Assembly (NCBI GenBank): GCA_002633005.1
Contig: NMRA01000220.1
Span: forward strand, 272,349 to 336,348
Direction of reading: 5' to 3'
Length of the DNA: 64,000 bases
Origin: Phoronis australis
Lineage: Eukaryota > Animalia > Phoronida
Shown here: positions 1-12,881 of the stretch, in pieces
Layout: every line of letters begins with the position of its first letter
Position numbering within the stretch: the stretch's first letter is position 1
Notes under the pieces: model-generated
Told to the model about the DNA's origin: nothing
The model's input: the letters and a program-made list of their open reading frames with translations, nothing else
Database searches by the model: none
Position numbers and translations under genes: made by a program

Positions 1-405
1 ACTTTCGTAAACTGTCCGACCTAACGCACCATAGCTTGCAAACCACAATAGTGATAAAATTTAGCTAATTCATCCATACATTCAAAATAATTCTCAATTG
101 AAGTCGCGTACTCGTAAAACTCATGAACATGATGTACACTGTATCAGCGGAAGAATACCAAAGAAGACTGACCTAGTTGAACAGCGAGGACAGGCTGAAC
201 TCGTCACTATCAGAAAAATTGTGGGTGGAATTTTTCGTCAAAATACCATTATAAATTAAAGTTAATACTAGTAAGGAGTCTGGTATTAGATTCGAACGCG
301 AAGTGGTTGTGTTGTTTACCCGGTGACAACGCGCGCAGGCAAGTTAGATTGTATCACCATTGCGGTTTGCACACCATGGTGCGTTTGGCCAGATTTTTTA
401 CGAAT
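1..405. repeat. Fold-back/MITE-like element with long imperfect terminal inverted repeats (left arm may extend beyond the window)
   Basis: 15-66 (tccgacctaacgcaccatagcttgcaaaccacaatagtgataaaatttagc) is an imperfect reverse complement of 342-393 (gttagattgtatcaccattgcggtttgcacaccatggtgcgtttggccaga); weaker pairing continues to the window edge. Confidence 0.6.
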
Positions 406-878
406 GTCTCGCACCAACATTTCTGCATAGCTCTAACCAACTCACTATAGACACCGATTGTGCAGTAGGCCTATCCTGTGGTTCGTTGGTCAATATTTGA
501 ACTGGACGATTGCGCGCGTACAGCTCACACGCTACATTGGATACAAAACGAATACGTAGTATGTCTGTCCACCAATACTGTTTCACGGGCCGGGGTGAGT
601 GCGATGAAGAAGAACATGTAGGGAAGTACCCAAGACGTTGGCAGTCATGTCCGATTTTATTTTGTTAAATTCAAAAGCGTGAATATAAAACATGAGCGGT
701 GCATTGGAAAAATTGACCTATCGCCAGGATTATGACGGACGGCTTAATTGACCAATCAGAACGCAGCACTCTTGGCGCACATTCGTCTGCGTTTCCAAGC
801 CGCCATTTTACCCGACAAGCCACACGTAGTCGAGTAAAACTTACTTTAGTCTATAGCTCAAGAAATTGTCCGCTAAGA

Positions 879-1035
879 ATGGGGAAATGGTGTTGATATG
901 ACATGTGTAGCACCGACAGCCGTTATGCTGCTCCAGAATAATACCCCGTCATTTTGGCATGTCCTAAGCCGAAAACTGATGTTGAAAAGCGTAAACTATG
1001 GATCAAACTGTACGGCCACACGAGCAGCTGCACTT
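879..1035 (+). pseudogene. Decayed THAP-domain (transposase N-terminus) remnant
   Basis: Manual translation from ATG 879: MGKWC*YDMCSTDSRYAAPE*YPVILACPKPKTDVEKRKLWIKLYG, then a frameshift to PHEQL. The C-x4-C ... P-K-P ... W-I-K pattern fits a THAP zinc finger; two stops and a frameshift. Confidence 0.6.
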
Positions 1036-1730
1036 AGCGATGTTGCTTGATAACTCAAAGGCTATAATAAACACAAATATATTAGTTCCAAGATACGCAC
1101 TTTTCAGCTTGGTGGCTATGGTGCAGGGCTATCTCAGTCTTGCCGCCTTTGTCTCGGCACCTGCTGGATCTCAGCACTCTAGCTGTAGTCCCCGGAAATT
1201 TTTGTTTTCAAGTACACTTTATTTTATGTTTTTTATTTATTTCAACCTAATGGACATTATTTTGTTTCGTATCAGAGGTAAATTTTCGTTATTCATAAAC
1301 CGTAAGCTGGCGTTCGTTCACTGAACTGAACTTCTCTCCCGGTCAAAATTCAGAGATTCGATCGGCACAGGGAAGGGCACTGGATTAGTGCCGGAACTCA
1401 AAGCCTTGGTGGAGCTGTTGTCACTTTTTGACGTGTACCTCTAGTATACACTATGTATGTAGAGTTAGAGAGAGCTCATTTTGAAGTTGTCCAAACATGA
1501 TATTTAGATTTATGAAGCTTTAAAAAGAATTTGAGTTATTTTGTAAATACCCTATTTTTGCAACTACCACACCAGACTTGTAATCTTTTGTAACCATACC
1601 ACGACTTCGTGATCATGCTACCTTCAAAATTAAATGAAAGCTACCTTTATGGAATGAAACTACAAAAAATGCCAAGTTCATAAGAAGGTAGGCCTAATTT
1701 AAATGTCTTAATGGTGCAAACGGAGAATTC

Positions 1731-2059
1731 GATAGGCGGATTTAGGGGGGGCAGGGGCCCCAGCCCCCCCCCATTGGCTGCCGCAAGCAAAATGAAACAG
1801 CAAGAGCGTGAGGAAATACTGAGTTCAGTAACTAGGACTGGTAGCGGAAGAGGGGGGGTGGGGCTCAGACCCCAGATCGCGGCGGAATCGTGTTCCTGTT
1901 TTTTTAGTCCACCGATAGATTTTCTGAACAGAAGGTCCAACGGTTTACATCCCTGGCCCCTGCAACTTTCGGGCCGCCTGTGCACATACAGTTGCACTTT
2001 GCCCAATTCCACGAGGCAACATATGTTGGCCCCCCTGTGGTTTCTAAGATTCGCCACTG
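1731..2059. mobile_element. hAT-like MITE with 5-bp TSD (AATTC)
   Basis: Termini gataggcggattt...attcgccactg flanked by AATTC at 1726-1730 and 2060-2064. Related left ends at 9203 and 63962. Confidence 0.7.
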
Positions 2060-2689
2060 AATTCCAGACATTAATTTTACTTAGACACTGCCCTAGACCT
2101 ACAGGAGCTAACTGTTTGGCCAGGACGAGATGAGTGTGTACCTGCAGCTATGAACCTGAATTTTTTTAATCAAAATATTTCGTTACAAGATTAGAAAAGC
2201 GTAAACAGTGCTATCGAGTCGACCTACATGTAGTCAGACACTATAGTGCATGTGTTGTATGTAATCTATGACCTACTTTTCATTTGGCGAAATTTAGCAG
2301 ACGACAGAATAAAAACATCGGTGGATCTTCACTGATTTTATTCGAAAGATCATGAAATCTATAGAATCGTACAGATAATTCGACTTTAAGGTACATACCC
2401 AGCTTTTCATGAACATATCGTATCAGTGGCCTTGTTATTTGTCAGGTGAAGGTGGCCCCGAGGCCGAGGGGTTCTTCGGATTTTCGCTGGCCCCTCGAGC
2501 ACTAATTTTTTCATCGTCACCTTTACAAATTTCCATATCATGAACGTACGATTCACTGTTGAAAAGCATCGCCTCTTGTCTCTGTCGACGCGTTTTCAAA
2601 CAGTACAAAAACACTCATCGATTCCACCAGGAACGTCGTTTAGTGACAGTGTATTTGCCTCTGACATCTCGTTCGAATGTCGGGTATCA

Positions 2690-3644
2690 CGTGACTTTTC
2701 GGAGCTTGCGATAGGTCAATTAGGACAGCGAAGCCAACGGATGATTGAGAATTTACAGATCTTGCAGCTTTTGTTCCGGCGGAGGTTCTCGAAGGTAATA
2801 TTTTTTCCAAAACTGACCTTTTGCCTCATCCGAAAATGGGTCCAGACATTTTTTTCGAAAATTCACCCCTTACGACATCGTGTGTTGGAGCAGTGTGTCC
2901 GGACTCTCCTGGACCCGTGCCTGGAGTGAGCGGGTAGCGACTCGGCTGGGGAGTGGTCATTGGAGGCCATATCATAAGAATGAAGTCGTTTATTGAACCA
3001 AAAATAACACCTGTGCTAACTTGCTTTATTTCCCGACTTGATGTTTAAGTCCCGTTTCAAAACAACAAAAATGAAAACAAACGACATGGCCATTGAGAAT
3101 AATGAGGGTACCAATGCAACATACATATTACGACCCAATGTTTTGAGACTAAGTTGTAACAATCGACCTACGTCACTGAGTGTAGAGGGTTTTCCAAGGT
3201 TCTGTAGTGCATCCATCGATTAAATATAATTTAATTTATGGCGTTGTCATAATACCAAAATAGCCGCCGATGTAGGGCTCAGCATGTCTTTAAAGGAACA
3301 TTTCCTTTAAATACACTTCCTATATGTGGCAATTTATAAACAAGTTGCCAAGGCACACAATTAAAATTATGTCACTGACTGCTAAAACCACGACTGAAAA
3401 CAAACTCGAACTGCAGTCAAGTTGCACGAAAATGGATAGTGCTGACGCATTTCCGCTATACATCTCTGTGTCCTGTTTTGCTAAACTTAGTTGAGTCGTT
3501 CAGACAATAATTTTGGTCAACCAATATTTTGTTGACAACTGGTTGGCACAGTACTCAATTTCGTCCAAAAATCAAGTTGTGCTGACCCATCCCAACCATC
3601 AACCCTCGTGTGAAGTTTGATAAGAATCTGTCAAGCCGCTTTAA
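2690..3644. mobile_element. Kolobok-type fragment with internal TIR-TTAA-TIR junction
   Basis: ccgatgtagggctcagcatgtct-TTAA-aggaacatttcc (TTAA 3290-3293). Both sides of the junction match, inverted, 29600-30245. Confidence 0.55.
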
Positions 3645-3997
3645 TTAACAATAATCGACAGACAAGGGAATCTTGTGGATGCAAAAAAATGCTGTAGCAT
3701 TGTCAAAACTCATATCGATTATTACCATATACATGTAGGTGAATTTTAACTGAACATAGAGTGTATGCGTGCATCAGGAAAACTAACCGGGTCTGGTCAA
3801 TGATTTGTAAACAAGAGCAACGCACTACCGCACTGCAAACAGTATGCTACTGGGGACTTTTCATAACATATCATATAATTAGATTAACGACCAACGGCAA
3901 CCAGGATGTTGACTGTATGCTACCACAGCAAATATTTTAAATAAGTAACAGGGAGTAAATAAAACATGACAATTAATATTAAAAAACTAGTAAATTG

Positions 3998-4065
<68 letters not shown>

Positions 4066-4624
4066 NTGGATAGTGCTGACGCATTTCCGCTATACATCTC
4101 TGTGTCCTGTTTTGCTAAACTTAGTTGAGTCGTTCAGACAATAATTTTGGTCAACCAATATTTTGTTGACAACTGGTTGGCACAGTACTCAATTTCGTCC
4201 AAAAATCAAGTTGTGCTGGCCCATCCCAACCATCAACCCTCGTGTGAAGTTTGATAAGAATCTGTCAAGCCGCTTTAATTAACAATAATCGACAGACAAG
4301 GGAATCTTGTGGATGCAAAAAAATGCTGTAGCATTGTGAAACTCATATCGATTATTACCACATAGGTGAATTTTAACTGAACATAGAGTGTATGCGTGCA
4401 TCAGGAAAATTAACCGGGTCTGGTCAATGATTTGTAAACAAGAGCAACGCACTACCGCACTGCAAACAGTATGCTACTGGGGACTTTTCATAACATATCA
4501 TATAGTTAGATTAACGACCAACGGCAACCAGGATGTTGACTGTATGCTACCACAGCAAATATTTTAAATAAGTAACAGGGAGTAAATAAAACATGACAAT
4601 TAACATTAAAAAACTAGTAAATTG

Positions 4625-4705
<81 letters not shown>
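3433..4705. repeat. Near-identical tandem duplicate (3433-4065 / 4067-4705) separated by a single N, each copy ending in an (AT)n microsatellite; probable haplotype overlap artefact
   Basis: Both copies start tggatagtgctgacgcatttcc; N at 4066; only a few SNPs/indels; (AT)n at about 4003-4065 and 4628-4705. Confidence 0.85.
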
Positions 4706-4709
<4 letters not shown>

Positions 4710-4963
4710 CAGTGATATAACAATTATAACAAAATTAATAAATAAATAATGAAAACAAGAAATACAAATACATGTAAATTGTAATAGCAGCGGCAAAAGC
4801 TACGTTGCCTTTTTACGGACTGGAGCCGACGTATTTGCTGATGCTATCATTTACATCAAAAAACGACAGGTTAGCCGCAATTAAATTAGTTGTACTTAGG
4901 TTTGCCTTAACAAAAAGTCAGATCGCACCGTCCTTACAACATTTGTCTCCATCTTTCTTTCAG

Positions 4964-5132
4964 GTCTTTCCTGTTATCTTGATTACCATGATAACTATGC
5001 TGGCCTTTTATTTACCTTCCGAATCTGGAGAAAAGGTGGCGCTAGGTGTCACGGTTCTGCTTGCCATGACTGTTTTCCTGCTCGTAATAGCTGAAAACAT
5101 GCCAGCCACGTCCGCTGCAGTTCCTCTGATAG
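4964..5132 (+). CDS. Nicotinic acetylcholine receptor (Cys-loop cation channel) subunit, exon encoding M1-M2; upstream exons not found in the window
   Basis: Acceptor tctttctttcag|; [57 protein letters not shown]; donor g|gtacgc (phase 1). The GEK motif and MPATS..VPLIG are nAChR hallmarks. Confidence 0.95.
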
Positions 5133-6221
5133 GTACGCAATCGCATTTAATTTAAGTAAAAAAAAGGCATAAGACCTATTTTGTAAGGGTGCTGTGCTGT
5201 TGTTAGAGGAGGCGTGTTTTATTGCACCCTTAAGGCTTAGATCAGAAATCTCGTCAATCCTCCACATACAGACTTCCGAAAAATAATTTCACTTCAGTGT
5301 GGCAAAGAATAAATTCTTTCAGAAAACATCCATAATTTCTGATAAATTGGATAACTCTTGTAAATTATTGCTCAACTGTGAATGTGCATGGAAGAGCCAA
5401 GTGAGAGAGGTGGACCCAATTTTTGACTTGGTTTTTAGTCGTTTGAATGCAAAACACCCCTCCAAACTCAGACTTGACTGAGACTCATAGTCGAAACTAA
5501 CCAATCACACGGTTTACTTAAAAGTGGGCCATGGCGTAAGTCGAATTTTGATCCGAGTTTCGACACCTTAATGTCCATGCAATGATTGTGACTGGCCCAA
5601 TACTGTACACTAAGTACATGTATGCCTTAGCGGGGTGCTAGGCTATTAACATTTTACATTAAACATACGTAAAAACGATGCAATAGAGTGCTACCCTCGT
5701 CAACACGCAAAGGTTAGGAAAATGTTTGAAAATTCTATGCAAAGCCTAATTAAACGACACAAGTGACTAACGCTTTGGGTAAAAGACCGTCAGATCGAAC
5801 CATACGATGCTCTTTCTGATAACGTTAGCTGAATAATATTTTTATCTGACGTCCTCAAATCGATTTGAGGTGCATGTGTTCTGTGATAACATGATGTCGA
5901 ATGTCCCTTGGTCTATTTACACTAATAATTAGCATATGTTCATTGGCACGACGTTCCTGGAGGAAATATTCCATCGCCCATTTCCCCAGCCATTTTAAGA
6001 CGATCGAGCACGGGTATCAAACCTCACCAGGAGAAAAATGATAATCCAACGTCTGTCGCACCTAGGCGCTACCTAGAGTTGATCAGTTGACTCATGCACC
6101 ATATACACAATGGATTACCATTATAAGGTTTGCTCCTAACATAGACGGAATGGAGAAAATTTATTACATGTGTAAGAACAGTTTTCGATGGTATGTTGAC
6201 GATACGGTATCTAACTTCCAG

Positions 6222-6418
6222 GACAATTCTTCGGAGCCACCATTGTCATGCTTGGCCTATCAACTGCCATGACGGTTATAGTACTCCACATCCATTTCAA
6301 GGGGAGCGAGGAGAAACGCGTTCCACGCTGGTTACACAACTTTGTCCTTGTATTCTTAGCCAAAGCCATGTGTATGTATCATTCCGAGGACAAGTGTGCA
6401 GAGGAAAACACGCCACTG
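6222..6418 (+). CDS. nAChR subunit exon encoding M3 and the start of the cytoplasmic loop
   Basis: Acceptor ctaacttccag|; phase 1 joins the previous exon: GQFFGATIVMLGLSTAMTVIVLHIHFKGSEEKRVPRWLHNFVLVFLAKAMCM...TPL; donor |gtgagt (phase 0). Confidence 0.93.
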
Positions 6419-6856
6419 GTGAGTAGGCCTAGAGCTTACGAGAGGATTTTCTGGGTCTTATAATTATTCCTCTTACAAATTACCGGGAATATCTCTTTCT
6501 CGCCGCCCAATGGCTGGAATTTTCACTTGGGGTGAAGTAACCACATTCCTACAATTCATTGCACGCATGCTGTTTCCGTCGCCTTAAATGGTCAACAGGA
6601 AAGTGTACTGGCACCTAAACCTGGTGCAACGTAATGGGTAATTTCATTGATATGCTATTTTTGTCAGAAATGGCTGTTATAACTTCATCTTGGACAAGAA
6701 CATGTTCACTACGTGTGTAGCTACAACTCGACCAGCGAGTTTGAGGAGAAATACATATACATGTGCTCTCCAAGTCAGATTGCCTAGATTTTGAGAAAGG
6801 GTTTGATGGAAATCAAATTAATTTGACGCTTAACTGCCATCTTTAACACATTTCAG

Positions 6857-7180
6857 ACAGGATTTGCGTTGACGTACAACACTCCAGAAAAGTTTAGGAT
6901 AGAGACCATAAAGTACACGAGTCAGCAGGGCAGTAACAACCACAGCATAAGTAAAACAACCGACGACATGACTGTTAATTACGAAATGCTGCTACGTTTG
7001 AGCAGCTTGGAGCAAGCAATAACCACGCGGTTGTATGAAGATGAGAAACAACAGAGTTTAGACAATGAATGGAGAAAAGTAGCGCGAGTCATCGACAGAT
7101 TGTTCCTTGTATTGTTCTTAACGTTTACTTTAATAACATGGTTAATCATTCTTTTGAACAGGCCAAGTTCTACGTTTTAA
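6857..7180 (+). CDS. nAChR subunit terminal exon (MA helix, M4, stop)
   Basis: Acceptor tttcag| in frame with the phase-0 donor at 6418; ...NEWRKVARVIDRLFLVLFLTFTLITWLIILL, the conserved EW..VA.VIDR-M4 motif; TAA ends at 7180. Confidence 0.93.
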   Translation, partial: TGFALTYNTPEKFRIETIKYTSQQGSNNHSISKTTDDMTVNYEMLLRLSSLEQAITTRLYEDEKQQSLDNEWRKVARVIDRLFLVLFLTFTLITWLIILLNRPSSTF

Positions 7181-9202
7181 ACTATTGTCGAGTATCCATG
7201 GAAATGGACGTTGATAGAAGCTGTTTAAATTGAAAGATGGAGATCAGTTAGTTGCTCATACGAAAATGTAAAAGATTTATGTCTGCGTTGATTACGAACC
7301 CGCTTATTCATCGGTTGAATTACACTTAAAGATGTTTCAGATGCAATGGTGAAAGAGCCAGTGTAATCACAATTTGTTCTGAGCTAGAACTCCTTATCGT
7401 CCCAGTTTGTTCTGGCTGCTTAAACAAGCAATGCAGATTTTTCCAGACAGACCCACGTTGTGCCACAACAAGATACAGTGTGAACCAAACAGAACACAGG
7501 GCAAATCGGGAATAACTTGTGCTCAGTGTTCGTGCATTGTAAACAGGGTATCACTGGAAATAACAACGAAGGATTATTGAAAAGGACAACAATTTGTTAT
7601 CACACAATGTGCGAGGGGTGTTGTGTGTGCGTTTGTTACCGACGTGAAGGGACGCACTGGGAACAACTCCAACTAAATGGAGAAAGACCTCACTAATGTA
7701 TATAGTAAAAGGAATTCGTGTACAGCACTTATCAAACCTTAAACTTACGGGCTTACATAGAAGAAAAAACAAGGCGTTGTTAAAGATTCTCATCTGTTGG
7801 AAGCGAATACTAAAAGGAGAATGTAGTTGACTGATACCTTTTGTGATTAAATGGACGTGCATGGGCAACAAAGCCTAGTCATGTGCTCAAAGCAACTGGT
7901 ACACGTTTTATCAAAGATCTCTTGTGATGTAATACCCAAAACTGGTGTCCATTTATCAGAGGCTTCTTTAAAGTGCAGGTGTATGAAGAGTTTCTTACAA
8001 TGTGAATACGGCGTAGGTTTGACTTTACCTGCAATGCTTAGTTCGTTTCAAAAGCACAGCCTCGCTTTCGCAGCCATGTGCTTACGACCGTGTTAGCTGC
8101 GACTGGGCGTGCGAGTCGTTTGATGAAAAGGTCCCTATAGAAGATTAACGAGAAAGTTTATATTAATCATCAGATTTATCACTAGACACGCACTCGTGTC
8201 TGGCAGTTTCTATTAAGACTATGGAGAGACTGCTTTATTTGTTAGTACAATGTACCTCAGATGCGAGTAGTTTGTTCGTTGGGTGTACACGCGTATGTAG
8301 ATTTTGCGAAGACAATCGTCAGAGGTCCGTTTGGTACATGTAATGTGAAAACAAATATGTTGCCAGCAAACTGTGCCTCGGTCGTTTCACAATGTCTGTG
8401 ATATTGTGAAACAAGGACATGTTCGAACACTTACAGACAGGCTTAAATGAGCCAACTGCCTTTTAGGTATGTTAAATACATGTACTTTTGTGCAACATAT
8501 CTTTGTTTCGTTTTATTCCACACAACCATTAACTAATTAAAACACATTTTATGCCCCCCATAGTATGTGTCCCCATCGGAAACCCCTTTTATCCTCTCGA
8601 CGAATCACAGTAGACTGGTCTATTGACGTCATCGTTGTGAGCAACACGTTACCTCACTCGTACCACAACATGAGCAGCTGATCGGCTGCCAGGACAGAAA
8701 AAATATGTAGTTTGCTCAAGGAATGTCACCAATTAGAAACATCGCCGACGTTAGGCATCAATGTTAATTGATAATGCAATTACTAAGCAAAAAAATCGTT
8801 TCAGGTAAAGCACCCTTCGAACCGAACAGCGGCGTAGGTCTCAGATAGGGCGCTGTGGATTCACCCACGACCCACAACGAACCAATTTTCGAAGTATTTG
8901 CACACATGTAAAATGCCATACAACAGCTACGTTTCGTGCTAAATCTGACAACGGCAAACTTACCGAACTCTGTGGTGGAAATAATATTTATTTTTCACGT
9001 AAGATGTCTTGATTATCCACTAACAATATCCCCGACAAATAAATCATCGCGGCACTGGTCGGTACCATTTTATACGATCATGACTCAGAATTAAATGTCG
9101 TCTATTAACGGTGTGTGTGAATGTACGTCTCATTTTTAATTCAAAAAACATACATGAAGATGACAACCCAAGGCCGTTACTTTCCAAACGACGGTCACAG
9201 CT

Positions 9203-9395
9203 CATAGGCTGATTTAGGGGGGGCAGGGGGCCCGCTCCCCCCCCCCCCGTTTGGCTGACGCAAAAAATAAAACAGCAAGAGCGTAGGGAAACGTTGAGTT
9301 TATTAATTAACCCCGGTAAGTAAAGTTATACGGATGAAACAAGATTTAAATGTGTGCAGTTTTAGTGTTTGGGGGAGGGGGGGGTCTCAGATCCA
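9203..9395. mobile_element. Partial copy of the 1731-2059 MITE family
   Basis: cataggctgatttagggggggcagggg...ttggctgacgc...aaacagcaagagcgt aligns with 1731-1870. Confidence 0.65.
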
Positions 9396-9698
9396 ATTTC
9401 AAGTGTCAAATTCGGAACCCGGCGCATTCGTAACGGACCTATGGCTAAGTACAGGCTCTCCCGCGATATCCCAGACGACGGGCAGGGGCGCTGCGCACTA
9501 CGACTCCGTTTCCGTCGTCTGCTCCACAAAATACATTGCCAGTGTCGTCTCAAGTTGGTGGAATTTTAAAACTAAGAGATCTTGCTCAGGCGATTAGATG
9601 CCATATGTCCTAACACGGTGTCGTCATTGTTCAACACAACTACTGCATTTCCCAGTAGTGCTGCCTTAACCAGCTCGCGCGGTACGTAACAGAAATGG

Positions 9699-9846
9699 CA
9701 TGGAAGGCGCAGCACTGAAAAAAGTGGGGGGCTAAAGCCCCTTCACCCCCCTGTGGTGCACCGACTCTAGCCCACGTGCGGCGTAGCTCTGAAAGAAGTG
9801 GGGGGCTATAACCCCCCCACCAGCCTCCTATGGTGCGCCGCCCATG
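9699..9846. mobile_element. Small CATGG-terminal MITE with an internal duplicated unit
   Basis: catggaaggcgca...tgcgccgcccatg; two copies of ctgaaa(a/g)aagtggggggcta; atgg on both flanks. Confidence 0.45.
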
Positions 9847-10651
9847 ATGGGAGCTCTCACCGATGAAGAAACTATACGTTTATAATGTTTCCAGAACCAC
9901 GCATTCGGCTGATACCATGCCAAAAACAATCAGCTTTCGTTCTCTCCAGCAACTCAACCATTGCTATTATTTGTCTTCTGTACTCATCGGTTGTTGCATT
10001 TTGAAGCTTTGGCGTCCATTGTGACGGCAGCGGTTGTCTTAATGCATGTTCATGTATGTCTGTAGCTCAGCACTATCTCTATACAACAGTACTGATTCAC
10101 TGTAGAAACAGTGAAGTCTCAACAATGGAGGCTCCACATGCACCTGCGAGTTAAAAAAATGATCCCTCGAAATCTTCATCATAAAATGTGACAGAATTAA
10201 ATGGCCCGGGTTTGCCACATGCCCTGAAACCTTTGACGGTGCGTTGGGAAACGTCGGTTCTCAAAATAAGCTTTTTTTGAGGTGCCAGCTACCTATTGTT
10301 TTGCCAGAAATGGTAATCATCCAATTGTCAGCTTCTGATCTTTTCAAAAACTTAAAGTGTGTTTTGTCGAGTGGCCGTAACATACGAGTGCAATCGTTAC
10401 CTGCTTATGAATGCTGTGTAAATCAAGCGCGGGGTTAGGCATTCCTTGTAAATTTGACAAAAGTGCTAAGTTAGGGTCTTGTTAGTGCCCAAAGCTCTTG
10501 ACGCGCTCGTTCCTACTGGCTTTCGCACAGTCAGGTCGTGACACAAGTGGAAACAAGTACTGCACCCAGTCTATTCCTGTCAACTTCGTACCTTAACTAA
10601 ACGTGTGCTCAATGTTTACCCTTTCTGGAACGGCGTTGGATAAACAAACAT

Positions 10652-10793
10652 CATGGACGGATTGGGGGGGGCCCCTAAAATTCTCCAAGATTCCATTTGG
10701 CAGTTCGGGGTTGCGCCGGAATGTCTAACGGTAAAATCCTGGCTAATACTCTGTCCTGGTCCCCGTAACTCAAAAATCCTGGATTCGCCCCAG
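10652..10793 (-). mobile_element. Inverted copy of the about 160-bp CAG-terminal MITE family (see 35104, 43895, 27238)
   Basis: cccctaaaattctcc...ttccatttggcagttcgggg...ggctaatactctgtcc...aactcaaaatcctggattcgcccc is the reverse complement of 35104-35260; flanks aacat/tacat. Confidence 0.75.
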
Positions 10794-11302
10794 TACATCG
10801 TGTGTTATAGTCTACAACAGCATAATCCCAAAAGTCGGCTCTGCACTGCGTCTAACTGGATTTTAGCTCGATCTCCACGCGTTGAAATAAACCATATTGG
10901 AATCGACCGAGTTTTAAAATAAGTTTGTTAAAATTACAGTCCCTATGGCGTCGAAAACTTCTACAGTATGCACTCCAAAACAACTTGGCTCAAATCATCT
11001 TCAAGGAACTACTCAATACCACTCTTGGAGACCACTTTCCATTTACTCTGCATAATTACCACGAAACCTGACCTAACCCAATTTGGAAGGGCCACAAGGG
11101 CCTCAACCGTGACTTCAGACCAAATGTAACCGGATGATATGTGTCACACATCTTCCTCTTTATCGTAGGTGGGCGTTTCACGAATAGTTCTAAAACCCCT
11201 TCGACCCTCTCGACCCCACGCCCCTCGATCCACGACCCCCTCGGTCCACAACCTCTCGGCCCCACGACCCATGACACAAAACCCCCTTGAACCAGTATTT
11301 AT

Positions 11303-11506
11303 TAGGCAACACGTACCCCTCAGTTGACTGGTTAGGGGCTACAATACTTCCCATCGCTTTCTGTACGAATTTGGTATTTAAAGGGGCGGTAGGCCAAAGC
11401 CGGTCACCGATTAAGAGTTTTCACCTCGTCAAAGATATATTCCACACTTAAAACTATCAGTTAAAAAGCGCCTACTTTCTTCAGTGTTCCTTTTTACTTC
11501 TATACA
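11303..11506. repeat. Dispersed about 200-bp repeat, second copy at 55215-55424
   Basis: taggcaacacgta...ggttaggggcta...caatacttcccatcgc...gggcggtaggccaaa...cggtcaccgatta...ttccacacttaaaactatca is shared by both loci. Confidence 0.8.
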
Positions 11507-12023
11507 TAACTTCGATGAAGCTTAGCTACGAGAATTAAAGGAGCATGCCACCCAAAAAACATCCTAATTTGGATCAATTTAGATCGAGTAGTTCTTCTCC
11601 ATAACGACACGTTCGGTTGCGTTACCTGACACCTGACGGAAGACGGAGGTGTTGAAATTATCCAATGACGTCATCGGTTTCACACGCAGTCTGTTCAGCA
11701 GTTCACAACACGGGTTACTGGTATCAGCTTATCGCTTGAAGTCATCGTTTAACACCAATAAATCATCAAACTTCGATGTAAAACCCTTAAAATTACACCG
11801 AGTTCTCATAAAAAAGTGTTGTTTTATTTCGCTCTTACGGATTTATTGGTATTTGGACACACCGTAGCCTACAAACTTGAAGTTCGGCAGGCCAATAAGG
11901 TCCGTAGCAGGAGTTTGGGGTCTGTTCGGAGATAATTTCGAAGTATTTTGCGTGAGATACAGACAGGAGAGCCTAGATCTGTGTTGTTTAGACTCGTGAT
12001 TTTTTGAGTTCTAAACACAAAAA

Positions 12024-12881
12024 TATAGATTATTACATGGCGAAGTCGTTATCCCCCGTTATCTAGAGCCCGAGTGGATTTTGGTGAATTATCGCCCGAG
12101 GGGCGTTAGCCCCGAGGGTGATAATTCTCCAAAATCCACGAGGGCTCTAGATAAGGGGGATAACGGCTGAGAACATGTAATAATCTATTTATACCACATA
12201 CTAAACGAGAAACATTGCAATGAATCGATTTACCTTTTCTGACTCTCCACGGCTTTGTAACTACTTTCTATGTCAGAGGCCCGGGGTCGGAGGTCGTGAC
12301 CTTTTAAGAAAAGCCCGGCTATTTTTGTCAAATAATGCTTTTACTCAACACCAATTGAAAACTTAAATATTATAGAAATAAATTGAATTTATAAATTAAG
12401 GTTTACCAACTATTATAGCTTAAAACACGTTTTTTTCACGCTATGCTTCGACCGGGAAATTATCGTCTGCTGAATATAACTGAATATAATTCTCAAGTCA
12501 AAGATCTTGACGACACGATACCCGCATTCAAAGTAGAGATCGGTGATTTACAAGTAAGAGGACACGAGAGAAAAATTTCACCGAATTAAGATATCATTTT
12601 TATGGAAATTATGTGTCTTATTTTTCGTAGCGTATAAGTACAGTACAATGCTGTTTGTTGAACGTGCGATTATTGCGCGTGCTCATTTAAGTATTCTATT
12701 TTCACTCTTGATGACATCAGTCGCTGCGTGGTGTAGTGGTAAAGTCGGTGACCAGCAATATTAGGGTTCCGGGTTCGACCCCGTCCTCGGTTTCCCGCCA
12801 AATCATTATCTCACTAGTGAGATAACTTTATGGGTTATTACACGGTTGTATCTGCCATTTGACGCTAATATTGTGGTATAA
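12024..12881 (+). mobile_element. Hairpin-plus-tail element (Crypton-like architecture) inserted in Kolobok copy 1
   Basis: Absent at the homologous point of copies 2 and 3 (empty site aacacacaaaacgcttg). 164-bp palindrome 12025-12188, then inverted pair ttataccaca (12189-12198) / tgtggtataa (12872-12881). Confidence 0.7.
12721..12790 (+). promoter_or_regulatory. tRNA-derived RNA polymerase III A/B-box segment (not a full tRNA)
   Basis: A box tggtgtagtgg 12729-12739 and B box ggttcgaccc 12772-12781 at tRNA-like spacing; no acceptor stem pairing. Confidence 0.55.

Noticed and set aside
1647-2133. 136-140-aa overlapping ORFs
   Set aside because: They fall on a GC-rich MITE; no protein features.
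3433-4705. Real intronic tandem duplication
   Set aside because: Single-N junction next to an (AT)n run; typical assembly overlap.
4614-4796. IY-repeat ORF (and similar ORFs at 50731-51188)
   Set aside because: Translations of microsatellites.
1-4963. Upstream nAChR exons (ligand-binding domain, RR-motif before M1)
   Set aside because: No matching peptide recognised by eye; presumably upstream of the window.
12721-12795. Functional tRNA gene
   Set aside because: A and B boxes are present but acceptor and anticodon stems do not pair; embedded in a mobile element.
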